From an uncultured virus (IMG/VR IMGVR_UViG_3300050026_000393) (taxonomy: Duplodnaviria > Heunggongvirae > Uroviricota > Caudoviricetes): a stretch of 20,000 nt of DNA. Under the pieces are notes generated by a model. The model was given only the letters and a program-made list of their open reading frames with translations. It searched no databases and was not told where the DNA came from. Of the stretch, positions 1-9,632 are shown piece by piece. A program made the translations under genes and the position numbers. The first letter of the stretch is position 1. Every line of letters begins with the position of its first letter. The stretch lies in the IMG/VR virus record IMGVR_UViG_3300050026_000393, one strand, 5' to 3'.

Positions 1-1
1 G

Positions 2-1321
2 GGTCAATTGTATTTACAATTGACAACAACCAACTCTTTAGCAAGTGTCTCTCCAACCCCTATAGATCAAAATATATCCCCTGCAATAGTTTTTAGTTTT
101 ATAGCAAGCGATGTGGTTTCAGTTTTGGCTCCTACTAATAGTAACACTGGGGTAAACATAAATGTTAAAAAACAGGCTCTTTCAACATCCTCACAAGCGG
201 GACCGGTCTACCTTACCGACAATACACAAGCAAACATTACCTATCCCGGAGTAGCTTGTTATGGTAACGATCCTCGTCTTAGTGATTCCAGGAATGTCCT
301 TACACATGCTGTTGTAGATAAATCCGTAGATCCTGCAAATTTAGGGAGTTGGGCGGTAACTTCCCCCCCTACCTCAGAAAGTTTTTCGTACACAGGAGAC
401 AATTACGATAATATCTCTGGAGGAATTAATTCTAGTAAAGTTATATATACGGCGGGGCTCCCTTCAAACACATCAACTGTAGCAACTGTTGACGTGTTAT
501 TAGCGAATCACCTAAATACGACTTTAGGAAATACTAACACACATCCATTGGTAGTAAATTCAGATAGCGCAACATTTGAGATTAAACACGCTACAGTAGA
601 TACTAATGGTGGTGATGCCTTCTTAGTACAAGGAACAGGCTCTCCGGGAACGCGGTTAGCAGCTCTAACACAAGAAGGAGACGTATATTCTTACCAGTCA
701 TCTGAAGTGACTCCTGTAGTTCCCAGAAGCGGTCCTTATACCTCGGGTACTGTGGACGGATCTGGGTGCGAAGGAACTTTAGCAGGAACAGCAACTTCTG
801 TTGGGAATTTAAGTTCAATTGCGAGTTTGGTCTCATCTCATATTAATCAAAATGTTAATAGTAACCCACACGGATATCCTGCTATAACAAATTTGACAGG
901 AGATGTTACAGCGTCAGGACCGGGGTCAGCAACAACTACCCTTGCTACTGTATGTTCAACCCCAGGTTCCTACGTTGGTGCTAACGTAACTGTGAATTCC
1001 AAAGGACTGGTGACCACCGCAACTTCTGGTTTTACCCATAGTGCGAATGGATCCGGATACTGGTCTAAAGACCCTACAGGAAAGTATGAGATGTGGGGAA
1101 ATGTAACATCACTTGACGCTGTAAAAGGAAACTTTTCTTTTCCAGCCACTTTTACGACTTTTGATTCCGTAACCCTTAGTGTACTTCCTTACACACAAGA
1201 CGGGACACATCATGCTGCAGAAGGTTTTCCTGTAGATGTTAATACCTTTTACGTCTGTCTATATGATTTAGATAATGATGCTGTTGCTGGAACCTTCGGG
1301 TGGATAGCTGTGGGGTATTAG
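2..1321 (+). CDS. Tail fibre protein, probably 5'-partial
   Basis: The frame is open to the window edge (GGT CAA TTG...), so TTG at 8 need not be the start. Contains the fibre-shaft motif LTGDVTASG...PGSY...NVTVNSKGLVTTA, two H-x(n)-N-[PT]-H segments (NHLNTTLGNTNTHP, SHINQNVNSNPHG), and a C-terminal tip (GYWSKDPTGKYEMWG...FPATF...WIAVGY) resembling gp53-like fibre C-terminal domains. Confidence 0.75.
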   Translation, partial: GQLYLQLTTTNSLASVSPTPIDQNISPAIVFSFIASDVVSVLAPTNSNTGVNINVKKQALSTSSQAGPVYLTDNTQANITYPGVACYGNDPRLSDSRNVLTHAVVDKSVDPANLGSWAVTSPPTSESFSYTGDNYDNISGGINSSKVIYTAGLPSNTSTVATVDVLLANHLNTTLGNTNTHPLVVNSDSATFEIKHATVDTNGGDAFLVQGTGSPGTRLAALTQEGDVYSYQSSEVTPVVPRSGPYTSGTVDGSGCEGTLAGTATSVGNLSSIASLVSSHINQNVNSNPHGYPAITNLTGDVTASGPGSATTTLATVCSTPGSYVGANVTVNSKGLVTTATSGFTHSANGSGYWSKDPTGKYEMWGNVTSLDAVKGNFSFPATFTTFDSVTLSVLPYTQDGTHHAAEGFPVDVNTFYVCLYDLDNDAVAGTFGWIAVGY

Positions 1322-1323
1322 TT

Positions 1324-2901
1324 ATGTCTTTAATAGATTTAAGTTCGCCGCAAGGAATAGATAGATTTTTTTACGGACAAACCGTTCCTGAAAGAGGAAC
1401 GGTTATTGCACAGATAACTTCTTCGACAATAACTCCGGCGCAGAAAGTAAGTATTGTTAATATTCCATATAATGCAGGAAATTTAAACATATGGATATAT
1501 AGTAATGAAGGAAACCCTGTTCCTGACTTTACAATAGGTAATTATAATGTATCAGTAAACATTACAGGAAGTAATTACTATGTGTTAGAAAATCAGTTTT
1601 TTGAACTTACAAACAGGTTTGATACTGATGGAAACCCTCTATACTACTCACACACATTTATGGTAAACTCAGAGATTATTTCTGTAGGTACTGTTACGAT
1701 TTTGGATATGTTGGGAAATGTAGTAAAGACCATAACCGTCAACTCTAACACATATCTTCATTCTATGGACGGGGCAGTTTATCAAATAAGGTATTATAAT
1801 AGTACGACTGGCGTTACTGAAACGGCCTTGCTTAACTATGCCCCTGTCTTTACTAACTACACTTTTATAGGAAATGTCTTAACTGTTCCTGGCCTTATAA
1901 GTACTACGTATGCAATAAGATTTACACAGCAAAATGGTTATCAAGTTTTAACCCCCTATAATACACCTTCATATTTACCTTGGTATCCAAGAATAAGGTT
2001 TGGAGAAGGAATTCCGCCAAGAGAATATTTTCTTCAAAACTTCAATCCAATAAAACCCTATTTATTTGGTTCCTATATATCAGGAACAGTCCTTTCAGAT
2101 TCTACTCAAAATTTTCCAAATGTTATAGAGTTTGACAGGCTTAAAATATATCAACCCACTGTTACGACCTATCCAGACATTTTGATTTTTGATCAGTATG
2201 GTAATTTTAAAAACGCTCTATCTGGATCTAATACGAGTTCCTCTATTAGAGGTAATCTTTATCATTGGGAAGATTTGCAAATAAACAGCATCGACGCATA
2301 TAAAGCCAGAGTACAAGTAAAAGTGCCTTTAGAGACTACAGACATTGTTTATGGCTTTTATTCGTATGAGGAAGATGATATTAATTTTACATCCTTGGAT
2401 ATAAATCCTATAACAAATCCTTCTATTATTAATAATATTATTTATTTTTATTATCGCCCGGGATCTGTTTATAGTTTATTTTATCAAATGTTTTCCTCGA
2501 CAGGAACAGTGTCTGGGGCAACAAATGACACTTTGGCACCACCAACATGGAATTATGTTGGAAGTGCTTGGGTACCTAGCGACTCCTCTGTTGTTTTTTC
2601 TAATGTCCAGGTTGGAAACGGATATAGTAATTCAGATTTTACTGTAAATGACGTTAGAGTAAGAGGCGGAGGTTTAACCTCTTCAGACAAAAATATTCCT
2701 GTTTCAAATAACTTTTGGGATTGTGGCTACCTTGATGGACGTCCTTACCCTATAGGGGAAACTTTAGTAATCTATCTTCCTTTAACGTTACAAAACGTTT
2801 TAACTAAAGATCAGATTCGGGCAAAAGTTTTAAGTATTTTACCTGAAGGTGTTTATCCTACAATAAGATATGTGGATCAAAATGGAAACGAGACTGCTTA
2901 A
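1324..2901 (+). CDS. Virion structural protein, possibly baseplate component (525 aa)
   Basis: ATG at 1324 lies 2 nt after the upstream TAG and is preferred to GTG at 1300. Beta-rich and Tyr/Asn/Thr-rich. The C-terminal DVRVRGGGL...FWDCGYLDGRPYP...LVIYLP...LPEGVYPTIRY resembles motifs I recall from large-phage structural proteins. Function is inferred from context. Confidence 0.6.
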   Translation: MSLIDLSSPQGIDRFFYGQTVPERGTVIAQITSSTITPAQKVSIVNIPYNAGNLNIWIYSNEGNPVPDFTIGNYNVSVNITGSNYYVLENQFFELTNRFDTDGNPLYYSHTFMVNSEIISVGTVTILDMLGNVVKTITVNSNTYLHSMDGAVYQIRYYNSTTGVTETALLNYAPVFTNYTFIGNVLTVPGLISTTYAIRFTQQNGYQVLTPYNTPSYLPWYPRIRFGEGIPPREYFLQNFNPIKPYLFGSYISGTVLSDSTQNFPNVIEFDRLKIYQPTVTTYPDILIFDQYGNFKNALSGSNTSSSIRGNLYHWEDLQINSIDAYKARVQVKVPLETTDIVYGFYSYEEDDINFTSLDINPITNPSIINNIIYFYYRPGSVYSLFYQMFSSTGTVSGATNDTLAPPTWNYVGSAWVPSDSSVVFSNVQVGNGYSNSDFTVNDVRVRGGGLTSSDKNIPVSNNFWDCGYLDGRPYPIGETLVIYLPLTLQNVLTKDQIRAKVLSILPEGVYPTIRYVDQNGNETA

Positions 2902-3417
2902 ATGTCTTATTATGTAAATTGGATTCAAAATGGAATAGTTTTAACGGGGAAATCTGAAGGTACGTGGACGAACAACCCTTTAGTTTTTCCAATTAATTAT
3001 CCTGGAAACTCCACACTTTCTAGTGAGGTTGTTCTCCACTCTTCTTCTTTTGTTAATACACAAAATTATAATCTTAAAAATGTTAGTTTCTATCTAACAG
3101 GATCTGATTCTTTGGCAATACAGACGATATGGCCTTATATTGGAGATACGTATACTCCAACCCGTCCTGAATTAAATGGGGGTTTTGAAATAAGTTTTGA
3201 TGGGAATACGTGGATCAGGTTTAATTCAGGCATAGGTTTACAAACAAATAGGAGTACGTGGTTAACTCTATCTAGTCTATCAACAGGAAACGGTATAGAT
3301 GGGTTATTAGGTCCTTTGGATACTGCAACTTTAATGTTAAGATATGTTGTACCCTCAAATATTACTTTATATAAAGTATTAGATGTAAATTTAGCAATAA
3401 GTTTTGAAGTGGAATAG
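2902..3417 (+). CDS. Hypothetical beta-rich virion protein (171 aa)
   Basis: ATG directly follows the upstream TAA (TAAATG). Ig-like beta pattern with an S-F-D-G-N-T-W turn motif. Confidence 0.7.
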   Translation: MSYYVNWIQNGIVLTGKSEGTWTNNPLVFPINYPGNSTLSSEVVLHSSSFVNTQNYNLKNVSFYLTGSDSLAIQTIWPYIGDTYTPTRPELNGGFEISFDGNTWIRFNSGIGLQTNRSTWLTLSSLSTGNGIDGLLGPLDTATLMLRYVVPSNITLYKVLDVNLAISFEVE

Positions 3418-3426
3418 AGGTTTCTT

Positions 3427-5685
3427 TTGGATCTTCTCGGAAATTACCAAGGAACTCTAACAAAGTATCAGTTCCAAGAATTAGTTTCTTTACTACAGAC
3501 CTCAATACAACAAGGTGCTTACAGTGGAGGAAACACATTCTCACAGGCTGACCTTGAAGCCCTCCAGGCGCAAGGTCAAGCCTTTACTACACTTCCTCAG
3601 CCCTCCTCAGGACAGAGATCCTCTGACGATTGTTTTAATAATCCGATAAACTTGTTATCAGCTCGTTTCTCTGCAATTTTGTCTGAGACCTTAAGGTTTG
3701 ATCAACAACTCTCTAATTTAACATCAACCTTACAAAGTAATACTGATCTGATTGATAAACTTATTTTTGCCGCCGAATTAAATAACTGGTTATCAATCTT
3801 ACCTTACTATAAAAGTAATAAGTTTTCTTGGAGTTTTGGGTCGGGTTTTGGATTGATAAACCCTGGAAGTTATTTTTTAGATCCTCTAACTAATACTTCT
3901 TATACCCAAAGTAAACCTTTACTAATAACAACCTTTTTAGGAAACAAAAAGTTTACAGGATTAACTTGTAATTCAACGGTTACAGGCACAGTAACTACAG
4001 GTCTAAGTTGGAACTACACAGGAACAGATAAATACAGTGTTCAAAGCGGGAAAGATTGGACCAGTTTAACAGTTACAACAGGAGAACCTGTTATAACTTA
4101 TACAGGTTCTCCTGTTGTTTCTCCGACTAATCCCTTTTTTAGCATAACAGGAACTTCTTTTTTTGGGAATTTACCTTTTTATGTAAAAATTAGCCATACG
4201 CCCCGGCTAAATATGTACCAAAGTTCTTCGCTTGTTGTAAATTCACCTGTAACTATTTCTAATTATGTTGTCTCGGCAAATGATGTTTTTGTAACAGAAC
4301 AAGCACCTGGTCCGAATTTATATGAGTATCCCAACTTAATAAGTTCAGAACTGCCTATAATAACTTCTACATACACACAAGGGATAGATTACACTATCAC
4401 TGATAATGGGATATTTATTCCATTATCAAGTGCATTAGTGGGAGAGAATGTAAATATTCAATTTACTGAATATTTTCCCTCTTATCAGTGTTCCACAGAT
4501 CAAACCCACTGGTCACCATTATTAATGTTGGATCCTTTAAGGCCGTACCAGGATAATGAATTAACTTTTATGCCTTTCTCTTTTGGGCCTGGAAATTCTT
4601 TTCCTATAACAGACGAGTCTGGGGTTCCTTCTGGTTTATGTATTTCCTTAAATAACGCTACTACAGTAGATGATTACTTATTAACAATATACAGTTATGC
4701 TGCCCCTAACACTGTAGGAGTAAATGCTGTTCTTGAAGTTGATTTTGGGGAGTTTCAAACACTAAACGCCTTAACAATAAATCCCTTTTGTGAATTTCCT
4801 TTAGTCTTAAAAGAAATAAATTTACAAGGACAGAGTTCTTTAGTTCAGACCAATGTTTGGACTGGGAGTACCGTCCTAGATTCAAAAACAACCTTAAGAT
4901 TCCCTTTAACAATAGCATCTAAAATTTACTTATCTTTTTATCAACCAAACTATACTATAATCCAATCAGAATTAGATAGTAACAGTAATCTTCAAAGAGA
5001 CATTATTCAACAATTACAAGCATCTGTTCCTTCGGCGGCCCAAATTAAGAATAATACACAGTCTAATTTACAGTTAGGATACAATTACGAGTTTGGTCTA
5101 CAGGATATTATAGGACAAAACATACAAACAGAAGATGGGATATTTAAAGCAGGTCCTTACCTCAGTTCAGGCTCGCCAGATTCGGTAATCCTGAACGCAG
5201 AGTATACAACTGCTGATATGTTGTCCATGACAAACACTCTGGTTATAAATGCTACACAAGGTAATAATTTTATAACAGTTATTTCTGGTTCAGGTTTTGA
5301 GGACGGTCAGACTATAATAGACCCTACAGGACACATTGCTAGTGGGACAAAAATAACAGGAATTTCTGGAAATACTTTAGGAATTAGTACGACAGTAAGT
5401 ACCTCTCTAAATAATGCAGAAGTTAGTTTGTCTTTTGTTAATCCTGTTGACTTTTATTTAACATATACCGCTTATGACTCAGGAAGTAATCTAATAGATT
5501 CTAATTTAACAGGAGTTCCTATTATCCCGGGCGTCCCTTTAATATTTCCCTTTAATCACCCTTTTATAGGAAATTCTTCTAATAACGTTTCTGATGTGGA
5601 TCATATAGTAATGTATTTACTAATTTGCCATCGTCATCCTTTAGCCCTTTTAGATAAGTTTCAGTTAGAGGTTATAAATGCTTAG
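3427..5685 (+). CDS. Large virion structural protein (752 aa), member 1 of a putative paralogous trio
   Basis: TTG start with GAGG at 3417-3420. Helical N-terminal ~120 aa followed by beta-rich domains; YEFGL motif. Confidence 0.7.
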   Translation: MDLLGNYQGTLTKYQFQELVSLLQTSIQQGAYSGGNTFSQADLEALQAQGQAFTTLPQPSSGQRSSDDCFNNPINLLSARFSAILSETLRFDQQLSNLTSTLQSNTDLIDKLIFAAELNNWLSILPYYKSNKFSWSFGSGFGLINPGSYFLDPLTNTSYTQSKPLLITTFLGNKKFTGLTCNSTVTGTVTTGLSWNYTGTDKYSVQSGKDWTSLTVTTGEPVITYTGSPVVSPTNPFFSITGTSFFGNLPFYVKISHTPRLNMYQSSSLVVNSPVTISNYVVSANDVFVTEQAPGPNLYEYPNLISSELPIITSTYTQGIDYTITDNGIFIPLSSALVGENVNIQFTEYFPSYQCSTDQTHWSPLLMLDPLRPYQDNELTFMPFSFGPGNSFPITDESGVPSGLCISLNNATTVDDYLLTIYSYAAPNTVGVNAVLEVDFGEFQTLNALTINPFCEFPLVLKEINLQGQSSLVQTNVWTGSTVLDSKTTLRFPLTIASKIYLSFYQPNYTIIQSELDSNSNLQRDIIQQLQASVPSAAQIKNNTQSNLQLGYNYEFGLQDIIGQNIQTEDGIFKAGPYLSSGSPDSVILNAEYTTADMLSMTNTLVINATQGNNFITVISGSGFEDGQTIIDPTGHIASGTKITGISGNTLGISTTVSTSLNNAEVSLSFVNPVDFYLTYTAYDSGSNLIDSNLTGVPIIPGVPLIFPFNHPFIGNSSNNVSDVDHIVMYLLICHRHPLALLDKFQLEVINA

Positions 5686-7174
5686 TTCCCTATTATTAGA
5701 CCCAAATGATAGTATTATAGGAGATAGACTCTCTAGAGTTCAAGCAAATATTAACTCTCTAAATCTTTCTACAAAAGAAGAATATATTGCTCAAATTTAC
5801 TCCCAAGTAAACTCGGTATTAAATTTAGGAGATAATATGCAGGAACTTGATGTTGTAACATCAAGACCTGCAATTGTTGGAGATCTTATAACTAACTTCT
5901 CGCAATTAAATGAGGATGCTACAGACATAACAAGAGAGTTATTAAGAATTGAAGATAATCTGGCAGATTTATATAATGTGGCGGCAACAGGGCAGAATGC
6001 CTTAAAACAGGCTTTAAGAGAAACAATTTATGTTAATAATTTAAGTAGTTATTCAGAACCTTTTATTTCAACAAATAATATCTCTTCAGGGTATACTGCA
6101 AATATTGATATTAATGCAGGAAGTTCTCAACTACCTTTAATTGCAGAAACAGTTTTGTTTCCAACAATTTCCTTAGGATCAAATTGTGTAGGGACAGGAA
6201 ACGGGAATTTGTCTTCTTTATTAAACTCGACAGTAGGGTTTATTTATACTTGGAAAGGTACCTACCTTGAACTCACCATTATTTTTCCATCGCCTGTTGT
6301 AGCGAACAGACTGTATTTGGGCATAAACACTTATGAAGGACTCGCAATTACAGAATTAACGTCCTCACCTGATGGTATTATTTACAATAACATTCTAGAA
6401 GGTCTTCCTAATACTGTAAATGGAAATTACTTTATAGATGCAAGTTCGGGGAAATATTCAGGGGATGTAGTTATTGATTTTATCCCAGTATATACTCAAA
6501 CTTTAAAATTAGGTATTACAAATTTTACAAACAATCCCTCTTTTTACCTAAATTCTTTAATATTAGTAAACAGAACTTACCAGTCGTCAGGAGTATTCAC
6601 CTCTAATGGTATTACTTTGAACGGAAATAATTTAGACTTTTCTGTAGATCAGGAAGTTTTGTCCCCTTTTACTTCTATTACACATCAAATTTCTACAACA
6701 GGGGTTCAATTCAAAAATATTATTCCTGGAATTTTAACAGGACAAATTCTTTCTGGAAATCCTTTTTATTATCGGGCGTTACTTTCCCGTTCCTCTAATG
6801 CCTTTGCGAACAGTACCTCGGCGCTCTTAGATGTAAATCCAACTTATGGTATAAAAAGCCAAAGTTCTACAACAGTAAGTCCGGGGATTATTGAACAAAC
6901 GATTGTCTTGACTAATGTGCCTGAATACTCTTCTGGATCTCCGACTACCACTTCCGTAACGTTCGTGAACACTCCTATTACAAATACTTTTAATATTCAA
7001 ATAGGATCTACATACCTAACTACAGGATTTGATTTGTTAGGTAATGTTTTAACTTTTTCGGCGCCACAAACGTTAATTACTATAACATACCAGATTTCCT
7101 CATATTCTTCTGTTCAGAACCTACAAAGTTATTACACACCTTTGTTGCATCAAGTAAATTTTGAGGTAGTTTAA
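5678..7174 (+). CDS. Virion structural protein (498 aa), member 2 of a putative paralogous trio
   Basis: ATG with GAGG upstream and an 8-nt overlap with the previous gene. Helical N-terminus, discoidin-like beta region (LTIIFPSPVVANRLYL...SSPDGIIY), C-terminal TPLLHQVNFEVV. Confidence 0.7.
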   Translation: MLSSLLLDPNDSIIGDRLSRVQANINSLNLSTKEEYIAQIYSQVNSVLNLGDNMQELDVVTSRPAIVGDLITNFSQLNEDATDITRELLRIEDNLADLYNVAATGQNALKQALRETIYVNNLSSYSEPFISTNNISSGYTANIDINAGSSQLPLIAETVLFPTISLGSNCVGTGNGNLSSLLNSTVGFIYTWKGTYLELTIIFPSPVVANRLYLGINTYEGLAITELTSSPDGIIYNNILEGLPNTVNGNYFIDASSGKYSGDVVIDFIPVYTQTLKLGITNFTNNPSFYLNSLILVNRTYQSSGVFTSNGITLNGNNLDFSVDQEVLSPFTSITHQISTTGVQFKNIIPGILTGQILSGNPFYYRALLSRSSNAFANSTSALLDVNPTYGIKSQSSTTVSPGIIEQTIVLTNVPEYSSGSPTTTSVTFVNTPITNTFNIQIGSTYLTTGFDLLGNVLTFSAPQTLITITYQISSYSSVQNLQSYYTPLLHQVNFEVV

Positions 7175-8458
7175 ATGTCTACAAATACTATTCCTGTTTT
7201 TTCTAATGGAGAAACTGCTTCTGCCTCAATATTTATGCAAGCATTAACTGCTTTATATAATTCTGGTCAGAATGTTGTAGACATTCTGACTAGTTATAGA
7301 AACACTGCGTTAATAAATTTTAACAGACAGGTCGAAGCCTTAAACAATAGGGGTTCGGTTACCAACAGACTTTTGGGGACAACTACCTTAGTAAATTTTG
7401 TTACAACCGATTTCTTAGATGTAGATCAAACTCAAACCTCCGCGACAATAAGGGCAGATGCAGGAAGTGTTTCTCTTTGTGAAAAGAATCAACCTTTATC
7501 TTTTGGAGACAAAAGTACTGTATTTACAACTAACTTGGGAACTGCACAATCAATTTCTAAAGTATATGATATCTACACAGTAACAGCAGAGACTATACCT
7601 ACGGGAACATTCATAATAACTTTAAACTCAACAATAAATATTAATATTTTAAATCTAGAATTAACCGCTATAAGTTCTAATCCTGTAATAACGATAACAA
7701 CCTCAGAAGATAATGTTGTTTATACTCCCGTAAACAGTTATAGTTTAAATGGTTATAATCTAATAGCTAATTTAGACTCTACACAGGTTAAGTATATTAA
7801 TATAGCAATAACTCCTGCCGTCCCAGACACCTTGTCAGGAAATACCTACACTTTTGGATTAATATCGGTAGAAACGTCTTTAACTAATTATGAATATTCA
7901 TCGGAATTTGTAACCCTACCTATAAACTTTTGTCCAACAGGACAAAATGTAGAATACTCATCTACGCAACAAAATAATTTCAATTATTTGAATTTCAGTT
8001 CTCAACCAGGAACGTGGTATGAAGTGAATTCAGGAAGTATTTTGTCACTTCCAGGAGTGTCTTCTGTAAACCTTACAGGAATTTCGTTAGAAACCGGAAA
8101 TTATATTAATACCCCTATAACTTTTAACAGTAATGATATAATATATCCTAATACTTTAACTATTAAAGATAACACGGGAATAAACATTCCCGTTATCTTT
8201 GGTTTATCACCTTCAGATCTTAATATCTTGTATACTAGAAATAAATATATAGCAGTAAACTCAACAATATCTTCTGGAGATATTATATATACTCTTTGCT
8301 ATATAGACAATAGCTATACAGGAAGTCCTGAGAAGACATTTGACATTAATTACACCTATGGACCTAAAAACATGTCCGTGGCGCTTAAAGTTCAACTTTC
8401 AACTACAAATAATACTTTAACCCCCATCTTTAACGGGGCGACTTTAAACGAGGTTTAG
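7175..8458 (+). CDS. Virion structural protein (427 aa), member 3 of a putative paralogous trio
   Basis: TAAATG junction with GAGGT upstream. Helical N-terminus, beta region (TSEDNVVY, YTFGL), C-terminal TPIFNGATLNEV. Confidence 0.7.
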   Translation: MSTNTIPVFSNGETASASIFMQALTALYNSGQNVVDILTSYRNTALINFNRQVEALNNRGSVTNRLLGTTTLVNFVTTDFLDVDQTQTSATIRADAGSVSLCEKNQPLSFGDKSTVFTTNLGTAQSISKVYDIYTVTAETIPTGTFIITLNSTININILNLELTAISSNPVITITTSEDNVVYTPVNSYSLNGYNLIANLDSTQVKYINIAITPAVPDTLSGNTYTFGLISVETSLTNYEYSSEFVTLPINFCPTGQNVEYSSTQQNNFNYLNFSSQPGTWYEVNSGSILSLPGVSSVNLTGISLETGNYINTPITFNSNDIIYPNTLTIKDNTGINIPVIFGLSPSDLNILYTRNKYIAVNSTISSGDIIYTLCYIDNSYTGSPEKTFDINYTYGPKNMSVALKVQLSTTNNTLTPIFNGATLNEV

Positions 8459-8460
8459 AA

Positions 8461-8943
8461 ATGAAAGGTAGCAAAAAAGTACTCGCCCTCTTACAGAAAG
8501 CAATAGAATCAGAACAACTTGCCATTCGTCAATACGAGGTTCACGCAAGAGTTCAAAAATCTCAAGGGTTTAGTAAGATTAAAAAACGTTTGACTGCAGA
8601 ACACCTTCACGACGAATATAAACATCTTAAAAAACTAATGGACCGTCTCTTACAGTTAGGAGGAACCCCTGACACAAGTAAAGCAACCGAACAAAATATT
8701 GGAACAGGTCTTCCTGAACAATTTGAGAACGATCTTGCCGCAGAATACTCAACTATTGAACAATATAGAGACGCGATGACAACTTGTTTGGAAGAAAAAG
8801 ACCACCAAACTTATAGAATCCTTGAACATATATTGACAGATGAAGAAGAACATGCAGACGACTTAGAGACTCAACTTTCGTTAATAAACAAGTCCGGGAT
8901 AGAGAATTATTCCGCCAGAAATGCACATGTAGAGGCTAAGTAA
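8461..8943 (+). CDS. bfr: Bacterioferritin-family protein
   Basis: Aligns by eye over its full length with E. coli Bfr (MKG..KV...L...E..AI.QY..HAR, DE.KH, NIG, DLA.E, DEE.H.D.LET.L.LI.K.G..NY). Ferroxidase ligands E18, E52, H55, E95, E128 and H131 are present. GAGGT Shine-Dalgarno upstream. Confidence 0.92.
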   Translation: MKGSKKVLALLQKAIESEQLAIRQYEVHARVQKSQGFSKIKKRLTAEHLHDEYKHLKKLMDRLLQLGGTPDTSKATEQNIGTGLPEQFENDLAAEYSTIEQYRDAMTTCLEEKDHQTYRILEHILTDEEEHADDLETQLSLINKSGIENYSARNAHVEAK

Positions 8944-9632
8944 TGTCTACGTTAAATATCCCTACAACTCAATTAGTGTCAACGGTAATTACCGTGCCCT
9001 TGAAAGGATCACCGTCTTCTAGGGACTATAACGATACCAACACACAAAATCTCCTGGATCATGCTGCGATGATAAATACTATCAATGATAGTATTTTACC
9101 AGTACTCAACACACTTCCTTCAAGTGCTGCCTCTGGATTATTGGGCGCTACGTTATACACAGATACTTCCAGTCAAGGGCCGCTTACATATAATTCTTCG
9201 ACAAACTCTTATTTAACAGTTTCTCAAACTCTGACCTATTTATCAGGTTTGATTAACACCGTTCAAACTAACTTAGTAAATATAAATACTCAGGTTGGTA
9301 TTATAAATTCAAAACTTTCGGCCACAAATCAAAATGACATTTCTATCGCACTTCAGTCTTTTCAAACAAATATTCAAGCACAAGAAACACAGATAGTAGC
9401 TCTTCAAGAAGCTGTTGGTGTTGGGGCATTGACTTTTATAAATGAAGCTCCAAGCGGAAGTATACCCGGAACCTCTTTTACATTAACATACACGCCTTTA
9501 ATCTTCGTCGCGTTCTGTTTGGGTGGGGTCATTCAAAAACTAGGAACGGACTACACAAGAACAGGATCTAATATAATAACTAATTTTACAGTTTCTACGG
9601 AAGACTCTATATATGCGTTATATTTCAAGTAG
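8943..9632 (+). CDS. Coiled-coil virion protein with a small C-terminal beta domain (putative fibre adaptor)
   Basis: TAATG overlap with bfr. Heptad-like Q/N/I/L segment, then FINEAPSG...FTLTYTP...GGVIQKLGTDYTRTGSNI...DSIYALY, a ~65-aa module that recurs in phage structural proteins. Confidence 0.65.
   Translation: MSTLNIPTTQLVSTVITVPLKGSPSSRDYNDTNTQNLLDHAAMINTINDSILPVLNTLPSSAASGLLGATLYTDTSSQGPLTYNSSTNSYLTVSQTLTYLSGLINTVQTNLVNINTQVGIINSKLSATNQNDISIALQSFQTNIQAQETQIVALQEAVGVGALTFINEAPSGSIPGTSFTLTYTPLIFVAFCLGGVIQKLGTDYTRTGSNIITNFTVSTEDSIYALYFK

Noticed and set aside
1050..1321. Tail-fibre tip as a diversity-generating retroelement variable region or invertible segment
   Set aside because: No template repeat, reverse transcriptase, invertase or inverted crossover sites are seen in the window; they could lie outside it.
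3415..3429. TAG read-through or stop-codon recoding fusing 2902-3417 with the in-frame 3427-5685
   Set aside because: Other TAG codons end genes at natural C-termini (WIAVGY*, the TAGTG overlap), genes are long and unbroken in code 11, and GAGG precedes the TTG start.
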